From Candidatus Binatia bacterium (GTDB taxonomy: Bacteria; Desulfobacterota; Binatia; UBA9968; JAJDTQ01): 64,000 nt of DNA. The stretch covers positions 34,788 to 98,787 of the forward strand of contig JAJDXX010000064.1 in NCBI GenBank assembly GCA_022823055.1, written 5' to 3'. Positions 21,974 through 31,755 of this stretch are shown here, piece by piece (position 1 is the stretch's first letter; every line of letters starts with the position of its first letter). The translations under genes and the position numbers were made by a program. A model generated the notes under the pieces. It saw only the letters and a program-made list of their open reading frames with translations, was not told where the DNA came from and ran no database searches.

Positions 21974-22001
21974 GTAGGGGCGACCGGCCGGTCGCCCCTA
22001 C
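21974..22001. repeat. 28-nt perfect GC-rich palindrome (REP-like / intra-operon hairpin)
   Basis: GTAGGGGCGACCGG|CCGGTCGCCCCTAC lies between the binding-protein and permease genes. Confidence 0.8.
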
Positions 22002-22081
22002 TCTCGACTGCGATTGCCCTGCCCGGCCAAGCTCTGGGCAGTTTCCTTGCCGGGCATTTCCCATCTTGCCATGATGGCGAT

Positions 22082-22798
22082 ATGGCCGTGCCCGGAAGTG
22101 TTCTTCCGCCCGTGCTACTCGGCTTTGGCGCCCAACTCGCGGCAGGGACCCTGGTAACCGTCGGGCTGGCGGTGGCCTCCCTCGCCGGCGGCCTGCTGCT
22201 GGGCATCGCCGGGGCCGCGGCGCGGATGTCCCGCCGGCGGCTGCCGCGTACCGCCGCCCAGGCATACACCACCGCGGTACGCGGCGTGCCCGAGCTGCTC
22301 GTGATCCTGATCGTCTACTTCGGCGCGTCCGCCGCCGTCGGCCGCGTGGCTGCGCTGTTCGGCGTTACCGGCTTCTTCGAGCTGAACCCCTTTCTCGCCG
22401 GCGTGGCGGCCCTCAGTCTCACCTTCGGCGCCTACGCGGCCGAAGTGCTGCGGGGCGCATTCCTTGCCGTCCCGCCGGGACAGACCGAGGCGGCCTACTC
22501 CCTGGGGCTTACACGCGCGCGCGTGTTTTCCCACGTGCTGTTGCCGCAGGTCTGGCGCACCGCGCTCCCGGGCCTGGGCAACCTGTTCCTCGTGCTGCTC
22601 AAGGATACGTCTCTGGTGTCGGTGGTGGGGCTGGACGAGATCATGCGAAAAAGCGCCCTCGCGGTGAGCTACACGCAGCAGCCGTTCACCTTCTATCTGG
22701 CCGCCGCGTTCATCTACCTCGCCATGACAGCAGTCTCCATGGCCGGCATCCAGGTGCTGGAGCGACGTGCGGCACGCGGCATGGAGCGGTCCGGATGA
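22082..22798 (+). CDS. amino-acid ABC permease (HisQ-like)
   Basis: Start at ATG 22082. The upstream part of ORF 21959.. reads through the palindrome. Typical HisQ/M permease motifs are present. Confidence 0.85.
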   Translation: MAVPGSVLPPVLLGFGAQLAAGTLVTVGLAVASLAGGLLLGIAGAAARMSRRRLPRTAAQAYTTAVRGVPELLVILIVYFGASAAVGRVAALFGVTGFFELNPFLAGVAALSLTFGAYAAEVLRGAFLAVPPGQTEAAYSLGLTRARVFSHVLLPQVWRTALPGLGNLFLVLLKDTSLVSVVGLDEIMRKSALAVSYTQQPFTFYLAAAFIYLAMTAVSMAGIQVLERRAARGMERSG

Positions 22799-23529
22799 TG
22801 GCTGCCCTCCACGGTATGGCCGCCGAGAGCACTGCGCAGCTCTTGGCTGGCGCCTGGCTCACGATGCAACTCACGGCGCTGGCCATGTTGGTGGGCACCA
22901 CCCTGGCCTTTCCGCTGGCGCTCATGCGGACGTCACGCCATGGCTGGCTCCGGGCGCCGGCGTACGGCTACGTGTTCTTCTTCCGGGGTACGCCCCTTCT
23001 GGTTCAGATCTTCCTGGTCTACTACGGGCTGGCGCAGTTCGAGGCGATACGAGACGGCTTCCTCTGGCCGGTCCTGGGCGAGGCGTACTGGTGCGCGATC
23101 ATCGCCTTCAGCCTGAACACCGCGGCCTACACGGCCGAGATCCTCCGCGGCGGCATGCTGGCAGTACCCCTCGGCGAGCGGGAGGCGGCGCGTGCTCTCG
23201 GATTTTCGCGCTGGCAGGAAATACGCCTTATCGTGCTGCCCAGGGCCGTGCGTCAGGCGCTGCCGGCCTATGGCAACGAGGTGATCCTGATGCTCAAGGG
23301 CAGCGCCCTGGCCAGCACCATCACGCTGCTGGAACTCACCGGCGTCGCGCGCACCCTCATCGCACGCACCTACCTGGCGGTGGAATTCTTCGCGCTGGCG
23401 GGGCTGATCTACCTTCTCCTGACCCTCTTGATCGTGCGCGGCGTGCGCCTGCTGGAGCGGCGCTGGGCGCTGCCCGGCCAAGCGATCGAGACCGTGCCAG
23501 GCACACGCCATGGAGACCTTCTCGCGTGA
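22795..23529 (+). CDS. amino-acid ABC permease (HisM-like)
   Basis: 244 aa. 4-nt overlap with the upstream permease. EAA-loop-like ...ALGFSRWQEIRLIVLPRAVR. Confidence 0.9.
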   Translation: MMAALHGMAAESTAQLLAGAWLTMQLTALAMLVGTTLAFPLALMRTSRHGWLRAPAYGYVFFFRGTPLLVQIFLVYYGLAQFEAIRDGFLWPVLGEAYWCAIIAFSLNTAAYTAEILRGGMLAVPLGEREAARALGFSRWQEIRLIVLPRAVRQALPAYGNEVILMLKGSALASTITLLELTGVARTLIARTYLAVEFFALAGLIYLLLTLLIVRGVRLLERRWALPGQAIETVPGTRHGDLLA

Positions 23530-23707
23530 CCACCGGGCCGAACAGGCATCAACCTCCTGGCCAGTCTACCGAAATCCTCATCATCGCGGACGACTCCGCC
23601 GATCCCAGGCGGGTGCGTCCTGTTGCCCAACGAGCATCCCGAAACCCTGGACTCGAAACCCTTTCTCTCCTATCCTTGCCTTCGCTACCAAGGAGAACCC
23701 GCTCAAC

Positions 23708-24430
23708 ATGAATCTTCTTACGATCAAACGAGAGGCGGTACCCCTGCACGCTGAAGTCGCGGCGATGCTGCGACACCAGATCCTGACTGGCACCCTTGCC
23801 CCGGGCGCGCAACTGCCGCCGCTCAGCGAACTGACGGAAAAGTTGGGCGTGGCGCGCATGACCGTCCGGCAAGCGATGGATGCGCTGGAAGCCGAGGGGT
23901 TGATCGAACGCCATTCGGGCCGCGGCACTTTCGTCAAGCGGGTCGACCTTCCCAAGCGCCAGACACTGAACATGCAGGCGGACCTGTCGCAGCTTCAGTC
24001 GATGGTGGCTCAGTTGGAAGTCTCCGTATTGGTCGAGGAAACCCAGGCCGCGACGACGGACGAGAACGGGGTTGCCTATCGATACATGAAGCGAATTCAC
24101 TCTCTTGACGGCAAACCCTTCTGTCATGTCGACCTGCGGGTGGACAACGCCCTCTACGAACAAGCCCCGGAGAGGTATTCTTCCGAAATCGTGGTCCGCG
24201 TCCTCAAGGATATGGGGATCCCGGTCGGTTCCGCGCGCCAGCGGGTGACCATCTCGTACGCGGACCTGGAAATAGCGCAGGCCCTGGAGATCAAGGTCAA
24301 CTCACCCGTATTCCGCGTGTTCCGAGAGTTCTTCGACCCCAGTGGCCGGTTGATCTACTCGGCGAACCTTGTCTATCCCGGCGATGTGCTTGAATTCGAG
24401 ATGGAGTTCACGACCGACACCTCCGATTGA
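23708..24430 (+). CDS. GntR-family transcriptional regulator (HutC/UTRA type)
   Basis: ATG at 23708. LPPLSELTEKLGVARMTVRQAMDALEAEGLIERHSGRGTFV is a winged HTH. A UTRA-like C-terminal domain follows. Confidence 0.9.
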   Translation: MNLLTIKREAVPLHAEVAAMLRHQILTGTLAPGAQLPPLSELTEKLGVARMTVRQAMDALEAEGLIERHSGRGTFVKRVDLPKRQTLNMQADLSQLQSMVAQLEVSVLVEETQAATTDENGVAYRYMKRIHSLDGKPFCHVDLRVDNALYEQAPERYSSEIVVRVLKDMGIPVGSARQRVTISYADLEIAQALEIKVNSPVFRVFREFFDPSGRLIYSANLVYPGDVLEFEMEFTTDTSD

Positions 24431-24652
24431 CCAACCCGTTCACCGTTAACCTTCCCGGAATTCTTCGGGCGCCGTCCATGTCTGTCCCACGCTGCGGAGC
24501 GCAAGATCCCGAGCGCGGGGCTATCCAAAAAAATCCATTGCATCCGTTGCCTCAATTGTACTAGTGTTCTGGCAGTCTAGTTGATAGGGCCTTCGGGATG
24601 ACCACGGCGCAATCGCCGCCTTGCGCGCCCGGCGCCCTTGTCGACGGTCGAA

Positions 24653-25774
24653 ATGTCTCACGTCATCAGACAAATCGACGTAACTGTCTACCGGGCACCC
24701 ATCGAAACACCGGTCATGACGTCCTTCGGCAACATGACGGATCGGCCGGCCGTCATAGTCCGTCTCCAGGACCAGGACGGCGCCGAAGGATGGGGCGAGG
24801 TCTGGTGCAACTATCCTACCTGCGGAGCCGAGCACCGGGCGAAGTTGATCGAGACGGTATTCGAGCCACTTCTGATCGGATACAGCTTCGAGGCTCCGCC
24901 CGAGTTGTTCGATTACCTCACCGAGCGCAGCCACGTTCTCGCAATTCAGACCGCGGAGGTCGGACCCATCGCGCAATGCATCGCGGGCCTCGACATCGCC
25001 GCCTGGGATTTGACCGCGCGGAAGGCGGCTTTGCCGCTTCACCGGTTGCTGGGGAGCGAAGGGTCGTCGGTTTCCGTCTATGCCAGCGGCGTCAATCCCA
25101 CCGGCGCCCCGGAAACGGTTGAACGCGCGCGCCGCGATGGCTATCGGGCATTCAAGGTCAAGATCGGTTTTGGCCACGACGAAGATCTGGCCGTCCTCTC
25201 GGAGGTATCTTCCGGACTGACCGATGGCGAGCGATTGATGGCCGACGCCAATCAAGCCTGGACCATCGAACAGGCGCGACGGTTCGTCGACCGGACAGGC
25301 GACATTCCGTTGTCCTGGCTCGAGGAACCGCTTCGAGCCGACCGGCCGGACGCGGAATGGCGAGCCTTGGCTGAACAGACGAAGATCCCCATAGCCGCGG
25401 GAGAGAACATTCGGGGACAGCACGATTTCGAACACAAGATAAACAGCGGCTACCTGGGCGTTGTACAGCCCGATATCTGCAAGTGGGGCGGAATATCGGC
25501 GAACCTGCCGATCGTCCGCGGTATCCTGGCCGCCGGCGTTCGCTACTGCCCGCATTATCTCGGGGGCGGGATCGGGCTTGTGGCCAGCGCCCATCTTCTC
25601 GCGGCGGTCGGCGGCGATGGTTCCCTGGAAGTGGACTACAGCACAAACCCGCTGCGCGAAGGCTTGGCCGACCCTTGGCCGGCGGTGCGGAACGGGACAA
25701 TCACGCTGACCGGCGAGGCGGGACTGGGCGTAAAGCCGGACCTCGACCGGGTACGCGAATTCGCGGTCGCATGA
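24653..25774 (+). CDS. enolase-superfamily enzyme (mandelate racemase / muconate lactonizing family)
   Basis: ATG at 24653. ...YRAFKVKIG...LMADANQAW...WLEEP...IAAGEN is the typical metal-ligand pattern. Confidence 0.88.
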   Translation: MSHVIRQIDVTVYRAPIETPVMTSFGNMTDRPAVIVRLQDQDGAEGWGEVWCNYPTCGAEHRAKLIETVFEPLLIGYSFEAPPELFDYLTERSHVLAIQTAEVGPIAQCIAGLDIAAWDLTARKAALPLHRLLGSEGSSVSVYASGVNPTGAPETVERARRDGYRAFKVKIGFGHDEDLAVLSEVSSGLTDGERLMADANQAWTIEQARRFVDRTGDIPLSWLEEPLRADRPDAEWRALAEQTKIPIAAGENIRGQHDFEHKINSGYLGVVQPDICKWGGISANLPIVRGILAAGVRYCPHYLGGGIGLVASAHLLAAVGGDGSLEVDYSTNPLREGLADPWPAVRNGTITLTGEAGLGVKPDLDRVREFAVA

Positions 25775-25822
25775 GTGTGGTGGGTGTCATGTCTGACATT
25801 GCGAGGCGTTCCGAGGCCACTC

Positions 25823-26107
25823 ATGACGGTTGAGAACCTTTTCCACATCTATGTCTCGTCGTTGAGTGGCGGCCGAATCGACGTGTTCAATATCAACGCG
25901 GATACCGGCGAGATGTCGCGGAAACAAACCGTCGGGCTGTCCGGGAAGGGCCTGCCGCTGGCTGTCTCCCCCGACCGGCGCAGACTCTACGCGTCCGTCA
26001 TCGGGGAGGTCGATGGCGAGGAGGAGCCGCACCCCCTCGCGGAAATCCAGCGAGCAAACATAATGCCGGACGCCTTCGAGGACGAACCCTGCCGGACTGA
26101 GTTGTAA
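25823..26107 (+). pseudogene. N-terminal remnant of a 7-bladed beta-propeller lactonase (Pgl/YbhE-like)
   Basis: About the first 60 aa (LFHIYVSSLSGGRIDVFNINADTGEMSRKQTVGLSGKGLPLAVSPDRRRLYASV) match the start of ~330-aa lactonases. Similarity is then lost and a stop follows. Confidence 0.6.
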
Positions 26108-26181
26108 CCGTTTGTGATGGAACTTGTTGGAGGAGAGACGGAATACCGTTGGCGCATCTGAACCTTAAGTGGGAGGTACCA

Positions 26182-27861
26182 ATGTCACAAATTGTGAATG
26201 ATCGTCAGCACGCCGACCGTGTGCTGCGGACCGACCGTCCGAGACGCATTCGGCCCGTCGTCCATGGAATCGCGTGTAATCTTGGGGTGGTTGCCCTCGT
26301 TGGCCTGGTGCTGCTGGCCTGGTCGCCGGCCCTGGCACAGGCGGACAAGCTGGTCGCCGCGGTCAGCAAGCCGGGCACCGAGACCAACCGGTTCTGGTCC
26401 GGCAGCACCATGTGGCACGTCATGGATCCCGCCCTGGAAGGATTGCTCGACCAGGACCCCGTCACCGGCGAGAACACCGACAAGGGCCTGGCGGTGTCGT
26501 GGGAGGCCAGCGACGACTTCAAGGTGTGGACCTTCAAGCTCCGCAAGGGCGTCCAGTTCCACCATGGATGGGGAGAGTTTACCGCCGCCGACGTGGTGCA
26601 CAGCTACAAGCTCCACACCGGCCCGGATGCCATCATCCCGACGGTGGACCAATTGAGGGGCGCCAAGGCCGAGGCGGTGGACAGGTACACGGTGCGGTTC
26701 ACCTATCCCGAGCCCAACAAGAACCTGCTGTTCCTTCACGGCGGACGCAGCGTGATGAAGGTCTATAGCAAGGCACAGTTCGACAAGGAGGGTCTGGAGG
26801 GCTACGACCGCAAGTTCGCCGGCACCGGCCATTATCAGTTCGTGTCGCGCAAGCCCGGCCAGATTCTCTACGAGCGATTCGACAAGCACTATTCATCGGT
26901 GAAGCCCGACTTCAGGGTCCTTGAATTCCGCTTCGTCGATGAGCCCGCCACCAAGCTCGCCATGCTGCTGTCTGGCGAGGCGGCCATCGCCGACCTCCCC
27001 CGCGAGCTGATGAAGGACGCCCTGGCGGGCGGGATGAAGACCGCGGAATCGGCGCGCGCCGTGATCCAGACCGACGTCGTCTTGAACGGCCTCTATTGCG
27101 AGTCGGGCGATGAGGCATGCGGCAAGCACCTGCCGTGGTACAACAGGAAGATCCGGGAGGCGATGAACATCGCCCTGAACCGGGAGGAAATGGTCCAGGT
27201 ACTGTTCCCCGGCGGCGGCGCCAAGCTGCTGCCCCGCTACGCCATGACGCCGGGCCACGAGGGTTATGATCCGACCCTGGTGGAGCGTTTCAAGAAGGAG
27301 TACGGCTACAACCCGGAACGGGCCAAGAAGCTGATGAAGGAAGCCGGCTACCCCGAGGCCTTCAAGGACCCGACCATCCACCTGGTGCTGAAACCCAGCG
27401 CCGGCGTGCCCGAAGTGGCGTTGCAGATGGAGCTCATCCATCAGTACCTGACGGCGGTCGGTTTCAAGGCGGAACTCCGGGAGATCGATCACGCAACGGT
27501 CGGCGCCATGGGCCGCGCACGGAAGGCATACATCATCCATCCAAGCAAGAACGCTCCGCCGCGGCCCACCGAAGTCGCGTTCCGCGCCTTTTATTCCAAG
27601 CCGGGCGGCCCCTACCAGGGATGGGAAGACGACTTCACGAGCAGCAACATCAAGGCGTTCCGGGCCGAGCGGGATACCGAGAAGCGCGATGCCATTGCCC
27701 GCAAGCTTTTCAACTACCTGTTCGAACAGTATGTGAGCATGCCCATGTTCGAACTGCGGACGCAGTTGGCCTTCAACCCCAAGATGGTAGGGTCGTGGCA
27801 ATTCCCCGGCGTGACCTCCACCGGCTACGGTCACTGGCACACGGTGAAGGCCACGAAATGA
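26182..27861 (+). CDS. ABC substrate-binding protein, family 5 (peptide/nickel/opine type)
   Basis: ATG at 26182 after GGGAGG. TM/signal segment present. SBP_bac_5-like length and motifs. Confidence 0.85.
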   Translation: MSQIVNDRQHADRVLRTDRPRRIRPVVHGIACNLGVVALVGLVLLAWSPALAQADKLVAAVSKPGTETNRFWSGSTMWHVMDPALEGLLDQDPVTGENTDKGLAVSWEASDDFKVWTFKLRKGVQFHHGWGEFTAADVVHSYKLHTGPDAIIPTVDQLRGAKAEAVDRYTVRFTYPEPNKNLLFLHGGRSVMKVYSKAQFDKEGLEGYDRKFAGTGHYQFVSRKPGQILYERFDKHYSSVKPDFRVLEFRFVDEPATKLAMLLSGEAAIADLPRELMKDALAGGMKTAESARAVIQTDVVLNGLYCESGDEACGKHLPWYNRKIREAMNIALNREEMVQVLFPGGGAKLLPRYAMTPGHEGYDPTLVERFKKEYGYNPERAKKLMKEAGYPEAFKDPTIHLVLKPSAGVPEVALQMELIHQYLTAVGFKAELREIDHATVGAMGRARKAYIIHPSKNAPPRPTEVAFRAFYSKPGGPYQGWEDDFTSSNIKAFRAERDTEKRDAIARKLFNYLFEQYVSMPMFELRTQLAFNPKMVGSWQFPGVTSTGYGHWHTVKATK

Positions 27862-27929
27862 GGGTGTAATCTCTCGTCCGAAGGGCGGGTACCCGGGACC
27901 GGGTACCCGCCTTCCTTCCCACGGGGCAA

Positions 27930-28850
27930 ATGAAACGATACCTGGTTATCCGGAGTCTGCAGAGCCTGCTCGCCCTCTTGGCCATCAGCGTCATCGCGTT
28001 CGCCATGTCCCACCTCACCGGGAGCCCGGTGGACGCCATGCTGCCGGATGACGCGGGACCCGAGGAGGCCGCGCGGCTTACCAAGCTGTGGGGTCTCGAC
28101 CTTCCCCTCTACGAGCAGTACTTCGTATTCCTGGGCAATGCCCTTCAAGGTAATTTCGGCGACTCGATCAAGTGGCAGGGTCAGACAGCGTTCGGCCTGG
28201 TGCTTGAACGCCTGCCGGCGACCATCCAACTCGGCGGGTTCGCCATCATCGTCAGCACGATCATCGCACTGCCCGTGGGCGTCCTCGCGGCGGTCTACAA
28301 AGACACCCCTTTCGATTCCGCCGGCAAGCTCGTCGCCCTGCTCGGTCAGGCCATGCCCAACTTCTGGCTCGGCATCGTGCTGATCTGGATATTCGCGGTG
28401 CATCTGCACTGGCTGCCCACGTCCGGCCGCGGCGGGTTCAGCCACATGATCTTGCCGGCCATCGCCATGGGCTGGTTCCAGGTCGCGGCCTTCATGCGCC
28501 TGACCCGCTCCGCCATGCTGGAGGTGCTGGACAGCGAATACATCAAGCTGGCCCGCATCAAGGGGGTCCCGGAACGCCGGGTGATCTGGGTCCATGCCCT
28601 GAAGAACGCGGCGATCGCGCCGTTGACCTATTTTGGCGTGATCGCCGGATCCATATTCACCGGTTCGGTCGTGATCGAGACCGTGTTCGCCTGGCCGGGC
28701 ACCGGTTTGCTCGCCATCGATGCCATTCGGGGCCGCGACTTTCCCGTGATCCAGGCGGTCGTGGTCACCTTCGCCGGGGTCTTCATCGTCGCCAACCTGA
28801 TCGTCGATACGCTCTACGCCTATCTCGATCCACGCATCCGCTACCAGTAA
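27930..28850 (+). CDS. ABC permease (DppB/OppB-like)
   Basis: 306 aa. MKRYLVIRSLQSLLALLAISVIAF... is the canonical DppB N-terminus. Confidence 0.92.
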   Translation: MKRYLVIRSLQSLLALLAISVIAFAMSHLTGSPVDAMLPDDAGPEEAARLTKLWGLDLPLYEQYFVFLGNALQGNFGDSIKWQGQTAFGLVLERLPATIQLGGFAIIVSTIIALPVGVLAAVYKDTPFDSAGKLVALLGQAMPNFWLGIVLIWIFAVHLHWLPTSGRGGFSHMILPAIAMGWFQVAAFMRLTRSAMLEVLDSEYIKLARIKGVPERRVIWVHALKNAAIAPLTYFGVIAGSIFTGSVVIETVFAWPGTGLLAIDAIRGRDFPVIQAVVVTFAGVFIVANLIVDTLYAYLDPRIRYQ

Positions 28851-28868
28851 CCGGGAACGGAGCCTGGA

Positions 28869-29768
28869 GTGACCGGCGCACCTCTTACTGCTGATCGGGC
28901 TAACGACGAGGATACCGGGAGAAAGCCGGGCCTCTGGCACGGGCTTCGCCGACTGCCGTTGATCCCGATGTTCGTGCTCGTGGTATTGCTCGTCATCCCG
29001 GCGCTGAGCGCGGATTGGCTGGCGCCCCACGACCCCATCCGCGGTTCCATCCCCGACCGGCTGAAGCCGCCGGTGTTCTTCGGCGGCACGTGGGAGTTTG
29101 CTCTCGGCACCGACCGCCTCGGGCGGGATATCCTGAGCCGCATCATGCACGGCGCCAAGGTGTCGCTTTCCATCTCCATCGCCGGCATTCTCGCCGGCGG
29201 CGTTCTGGGCACCGCTCTCGGGTTGATCGCCGGCTACTTCCGGGGTCTGGCCGATGCGATCATCATGCGGCTTGTCGACATCACCATGGCGCTGCCCAGC
29301 ATCCTGCTGGCCCTGGTGCTGGCGGTGACCGTTGGGCCGAGCTTCCAGACCATCATCGTGGTGGTGACCTTCGTGCTGTGGGCGCTCTACGCCCGCCAGG
29401 TCCGGGGGGAGGTCCTGAGTATCCGCGAGCGGGACTTCGTCGCCCGGGCGCGCGTGGCGGGGGCATCGGATTTGCGCATCATCGTCCGGCACATCCTGCC
29501 CAACGCCGCCAACACCATCATCGTGCTGGCGACCCTGCAGGTGGGTTCGGTGATTCTGCTGGAAGCGGGATTGAGTTTCCTTGGGGTCGGCATTCCACGA
29601 CCCACACCGGCTTGGGGACTGATGGTTGCCGACGGCCGACAGCTCATCGTCAGTGCCTGGTGGATCGCGTTCTTCCCGGGCCTCGCCATCACCCTCACCG
29701 TCTTCGCGTTGAACCTGCTCGGCGACTGGATGCGCGACAGGCTGGACCCTAGGCTGAAGGAGGTGTGA
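28869..29768 (+). CDS. ABC permease (DppC/OppC-like)
   Basis: GTG start. ...LGTDRLGRDILSRIMHGAKVSL motif. Confidence 0.9.
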   Translation: MTGAPLTADRANDEDTGRKPGLWHGLRRLPLIPMFVLVVLLVIPALSADWLAPHDPIRGSIPDRLKPPVFFGGTWEFALGTDRLGRDILSRIMHGAKVSLSISIAGILAGGVLGTALGLIAGYFRGLADAIIMRLVDITMALPSILLALVLAVTVGPSFQTIIVVVTFVLWALYARQVRGEVLSIRERDFVARARVAGASDLRIIVRHILPNAANTIIVLATLQVGSVILLEAGLSFLGVGIPRPTPAWGLMVADGRQLIVSAWWIAFFPGLAITLTVFALNLLGDWMRDRLDPRLKEV

Positions 29769-30787
29769 TGCGCAGCCCTTCGGAACGGCCGGCCCTGGAA
29801 GTCAGGGACCTCGAGACCCGCATCGACACCAAGCTCGGCCTGATCAAGGCGGTGGACGGCGTCTCGTTCTCGGTCGAGCACGGCGAGACTCTCGGTATCG
29901 TCGGCGAATCCGGGAGCGGCAAGAGCATTGCCGCCCTCAGCATCCTGCGGCTGGTGCCGAAGCCCTCCGCGTACATCGCCAGGGGACAGGTGCTCCTCGA
30001 CGGCGAGGACCTGCTGGAGAAGAGCGAGAACGAGATGCGCAAGGTGCGCGGCAAGCGCATCTCGATGATCCTGCAGGATCCGCAAACGTCGCTGAATCCC
30101 GTTTTTTCCATCGGCTTCCAGGTCGTCGAAGCCATCGGCATGCACGCCGACGCGCCGCGCAAGACGCTGGTGCAAAGGGCGGTTGAGGCGCTCCGCCGTG
30201 TTCGCGTCGCCGATCCGGAGCGCCGCGTCGACGATTTCCCTCATCAGATGAGCGGCGGCATGAAGCAGCGGGTCGTAGGCGCCATCGCCCTGGGCTCGTT
30301 CCCGAGCGTTCTCATCGCAGACGAGCCGACCACGGCGCTGGACGTCACCATCCAGGCGCAATACCTGCGGCTGCTGAAGGACATCCAGCAGGAAACCGGT
30401 CTTTCCATCATCTTCATCACGCACGATTTCGGTGTCGTCGCGCGCATGTGCGACAAGGTGGCGGTGATGTACGCCGGGCGCGTGGTCGAATACGGTCCCG
30501 TGCGCGCAATCTTCAACTCCCCGGCGCATCCTTACACGAAGGCGCTCCTCAACTCGGTGCCGGCCGTCGAGGAGGACGTTGACCGGTTGTATTCAATCAA
30601 GGGCCAGCCGCCGGCGTTCTGGGACATGCCGAAGGGATGCCGGTTCGAGCCCCGCTGCGACGTGGCCATGGAGCGCTGCAAGACGGAGTATCCGGCCAAG
30701 CTCGCAAAAGCCGCGACCGCGAGCGGCGGTCACTACGCCGATTGCTGGGCGCTGGAGGAGCCGGAGTGGATTCCCAGCCGGTCCTGA
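29765..30787 (+). CDS. ABC ATP-binding protein (DppD/OppD-like)
   Basis: Walker A GESGSGKS, signature MSGGMKQR, Walker B LIADEPTTALD, and a C-terminal oligopeptide-type extension. Confidence 0.93.
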   Translation: MMRSPSERPALEVRDLETRIDTKLGLIKAVDGVSFSVEHGETLGIVGESGSGKSIAALSILRLVPKPSAYIARGQVLLDGEDLLEKSENEMRKVRGKRISMILQDPQTSLNPVFSIGFQVVEAIGMHADAPRKTLVQRAVEALRRVRVADPERRVDDFPHQMSGGMKQRVVGAIALGSFPSVLIADEPTTALDVTIQAQYLRLLKDIQQETGLSIIFITHDFGVVARMCDKVAVMYAGRVVEYGPVRAIFNSPAHPYTKALLNSVPAVEEDVDRLYSIKGQPPAFWDMPKGCRFEPRCDVAMERCKTEYPAKLAKAATASGGHYADCWALEEPEWIPSRS

Positions 30788-31755
30788 AGCTCAACGAAGT
30801 CACCAAGTATTTTCCGGTGACCAAGGGACTGATCTTCGCCAGGACGATCGGCCATGTGCGCGCCGTCGACGGCGTGACCCTCGACCTCGGCCAAGGCGAG
30901 ACCCTCGCGCTCGTCGGTGAATCCGGCTGCGGCAAGACGACCACCGCAAAGCTCATCCTGCGGCAGGAAACGCCGACCTCCGGCAAGCTGGAGTTCGAAG
31001 GTCAGGACGTCCATGAGATGGCGGGGACCGCCCTCAAGCAATACCGCACCGACGTGCAGGCGGTCTTCCAGGACCCGTGGTCCTCGCTGAACCCGCGAAT
31101 GCGAGTGTTCGACATCGTCTCGGAAACGCTCGTGGTCAACCACGCGGTGGCCAAGGGAGAGGTTGCCGACCGAGTCGCCAAGGTGCTGTCCGACGTGGGA
31201 CTCCGGCCCGAGCAGTCACGCAACTTCCCCCACGAGTTCAGCGGCGGGCAGCGACAGCGCATCGCCATCGCCAGCGCGCTCATTTCCGAACCCAAGCTGC
31301 TGGTCCTCGACGAGCCGGTGTCCGCCCTCGATGTCTCGATCCGTTCTCAGATCATGAATCTGTTCAAGGACCTGCAGGACCGGTACCGCATGTCCTACCT
31401 CATGGTGGCCCACGACCTCGGCACCACGCGGTACATGGCGCACAAGGTGGCGGTGATGTATCTCGGCCGGCTGGTGGAGCTGGCGCCGACAAGGAGTCTG
31501 TTCGAGGCGCCGCTACACCCCTATACCCAGGCCCTGTTCTCGGCAGCCTTGCCGAGTCATCCGGATATCGAACGTGAGGAGATCATCCTGGAGGGAGAGG
31601 TGCCGTCGCCGATCAACCCCCCGCCGGGCTGCAGCTTTCACACCCGGTGCCCGTTGAAGATCGGCGAGGTGTGCGAAAGGGAGACGCCCGGGCTCGCTCC
31701 CCGGCCCGATGATCCGCGGCACCACGTCGCCTGCCATCTCTACAACGGCGAATAG
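30766..31755 (+). CDS. ABC ATP-binding protein (DppF/OppF-like)
   Basis: GTG at 30766, a 22-nt overlap with the upstream gene. Walker A GESGCGKT, FSGGQRQR, LVLDEPVSALD. Confidence 0.9.
   Translation: MDSQPVLKLNEVTKYFPVTKGLIFARTIGHVRAVDGVTLDLGQGETLALVGESGCGKTTTAKLILRQETPTSGKLEFEGQDVHEMAGTALKQYRTDVQAVFQDPWSSLNPRMRVFDIVSETLVVNHAVAKGEVADRVAKVLSDVGLRPEQSRNFPHEFSGGQRQRIAIASALISEPKLLVLDEPVSALDVSIRSQIMNLFKDLQDRYRMSYLMVAHDLGTTRYMAHKVAVMYLGRLVELAPTRSLFEAPLHPYTQALFSAALPSHPDIEREEIILEGEVPSPINPPPGCSFHTRCPLKIGEVCERETPGLAPRPDDPRHHVACHLYNGE

Noticed and set aside
24570-24584. Sigma-54 promoter call for TGGCAG-N5-TTGA
   Set aside because: The -12 element ends in GA instead of GC, and no enhancer-binding protein gene is nearby. 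It is kept only as a remark inside a low-interest finding.
27831-29492. 553-aa ORF antisense to the Dpp permease genes. The same applies to 46235..47743, 47547..49313, 53136..54878, 56943..58403 and 42635..43774.
   Set aside because: Each is opposite a gene with strong family motifs. None has an RBS-supported start or any recognisable domain.
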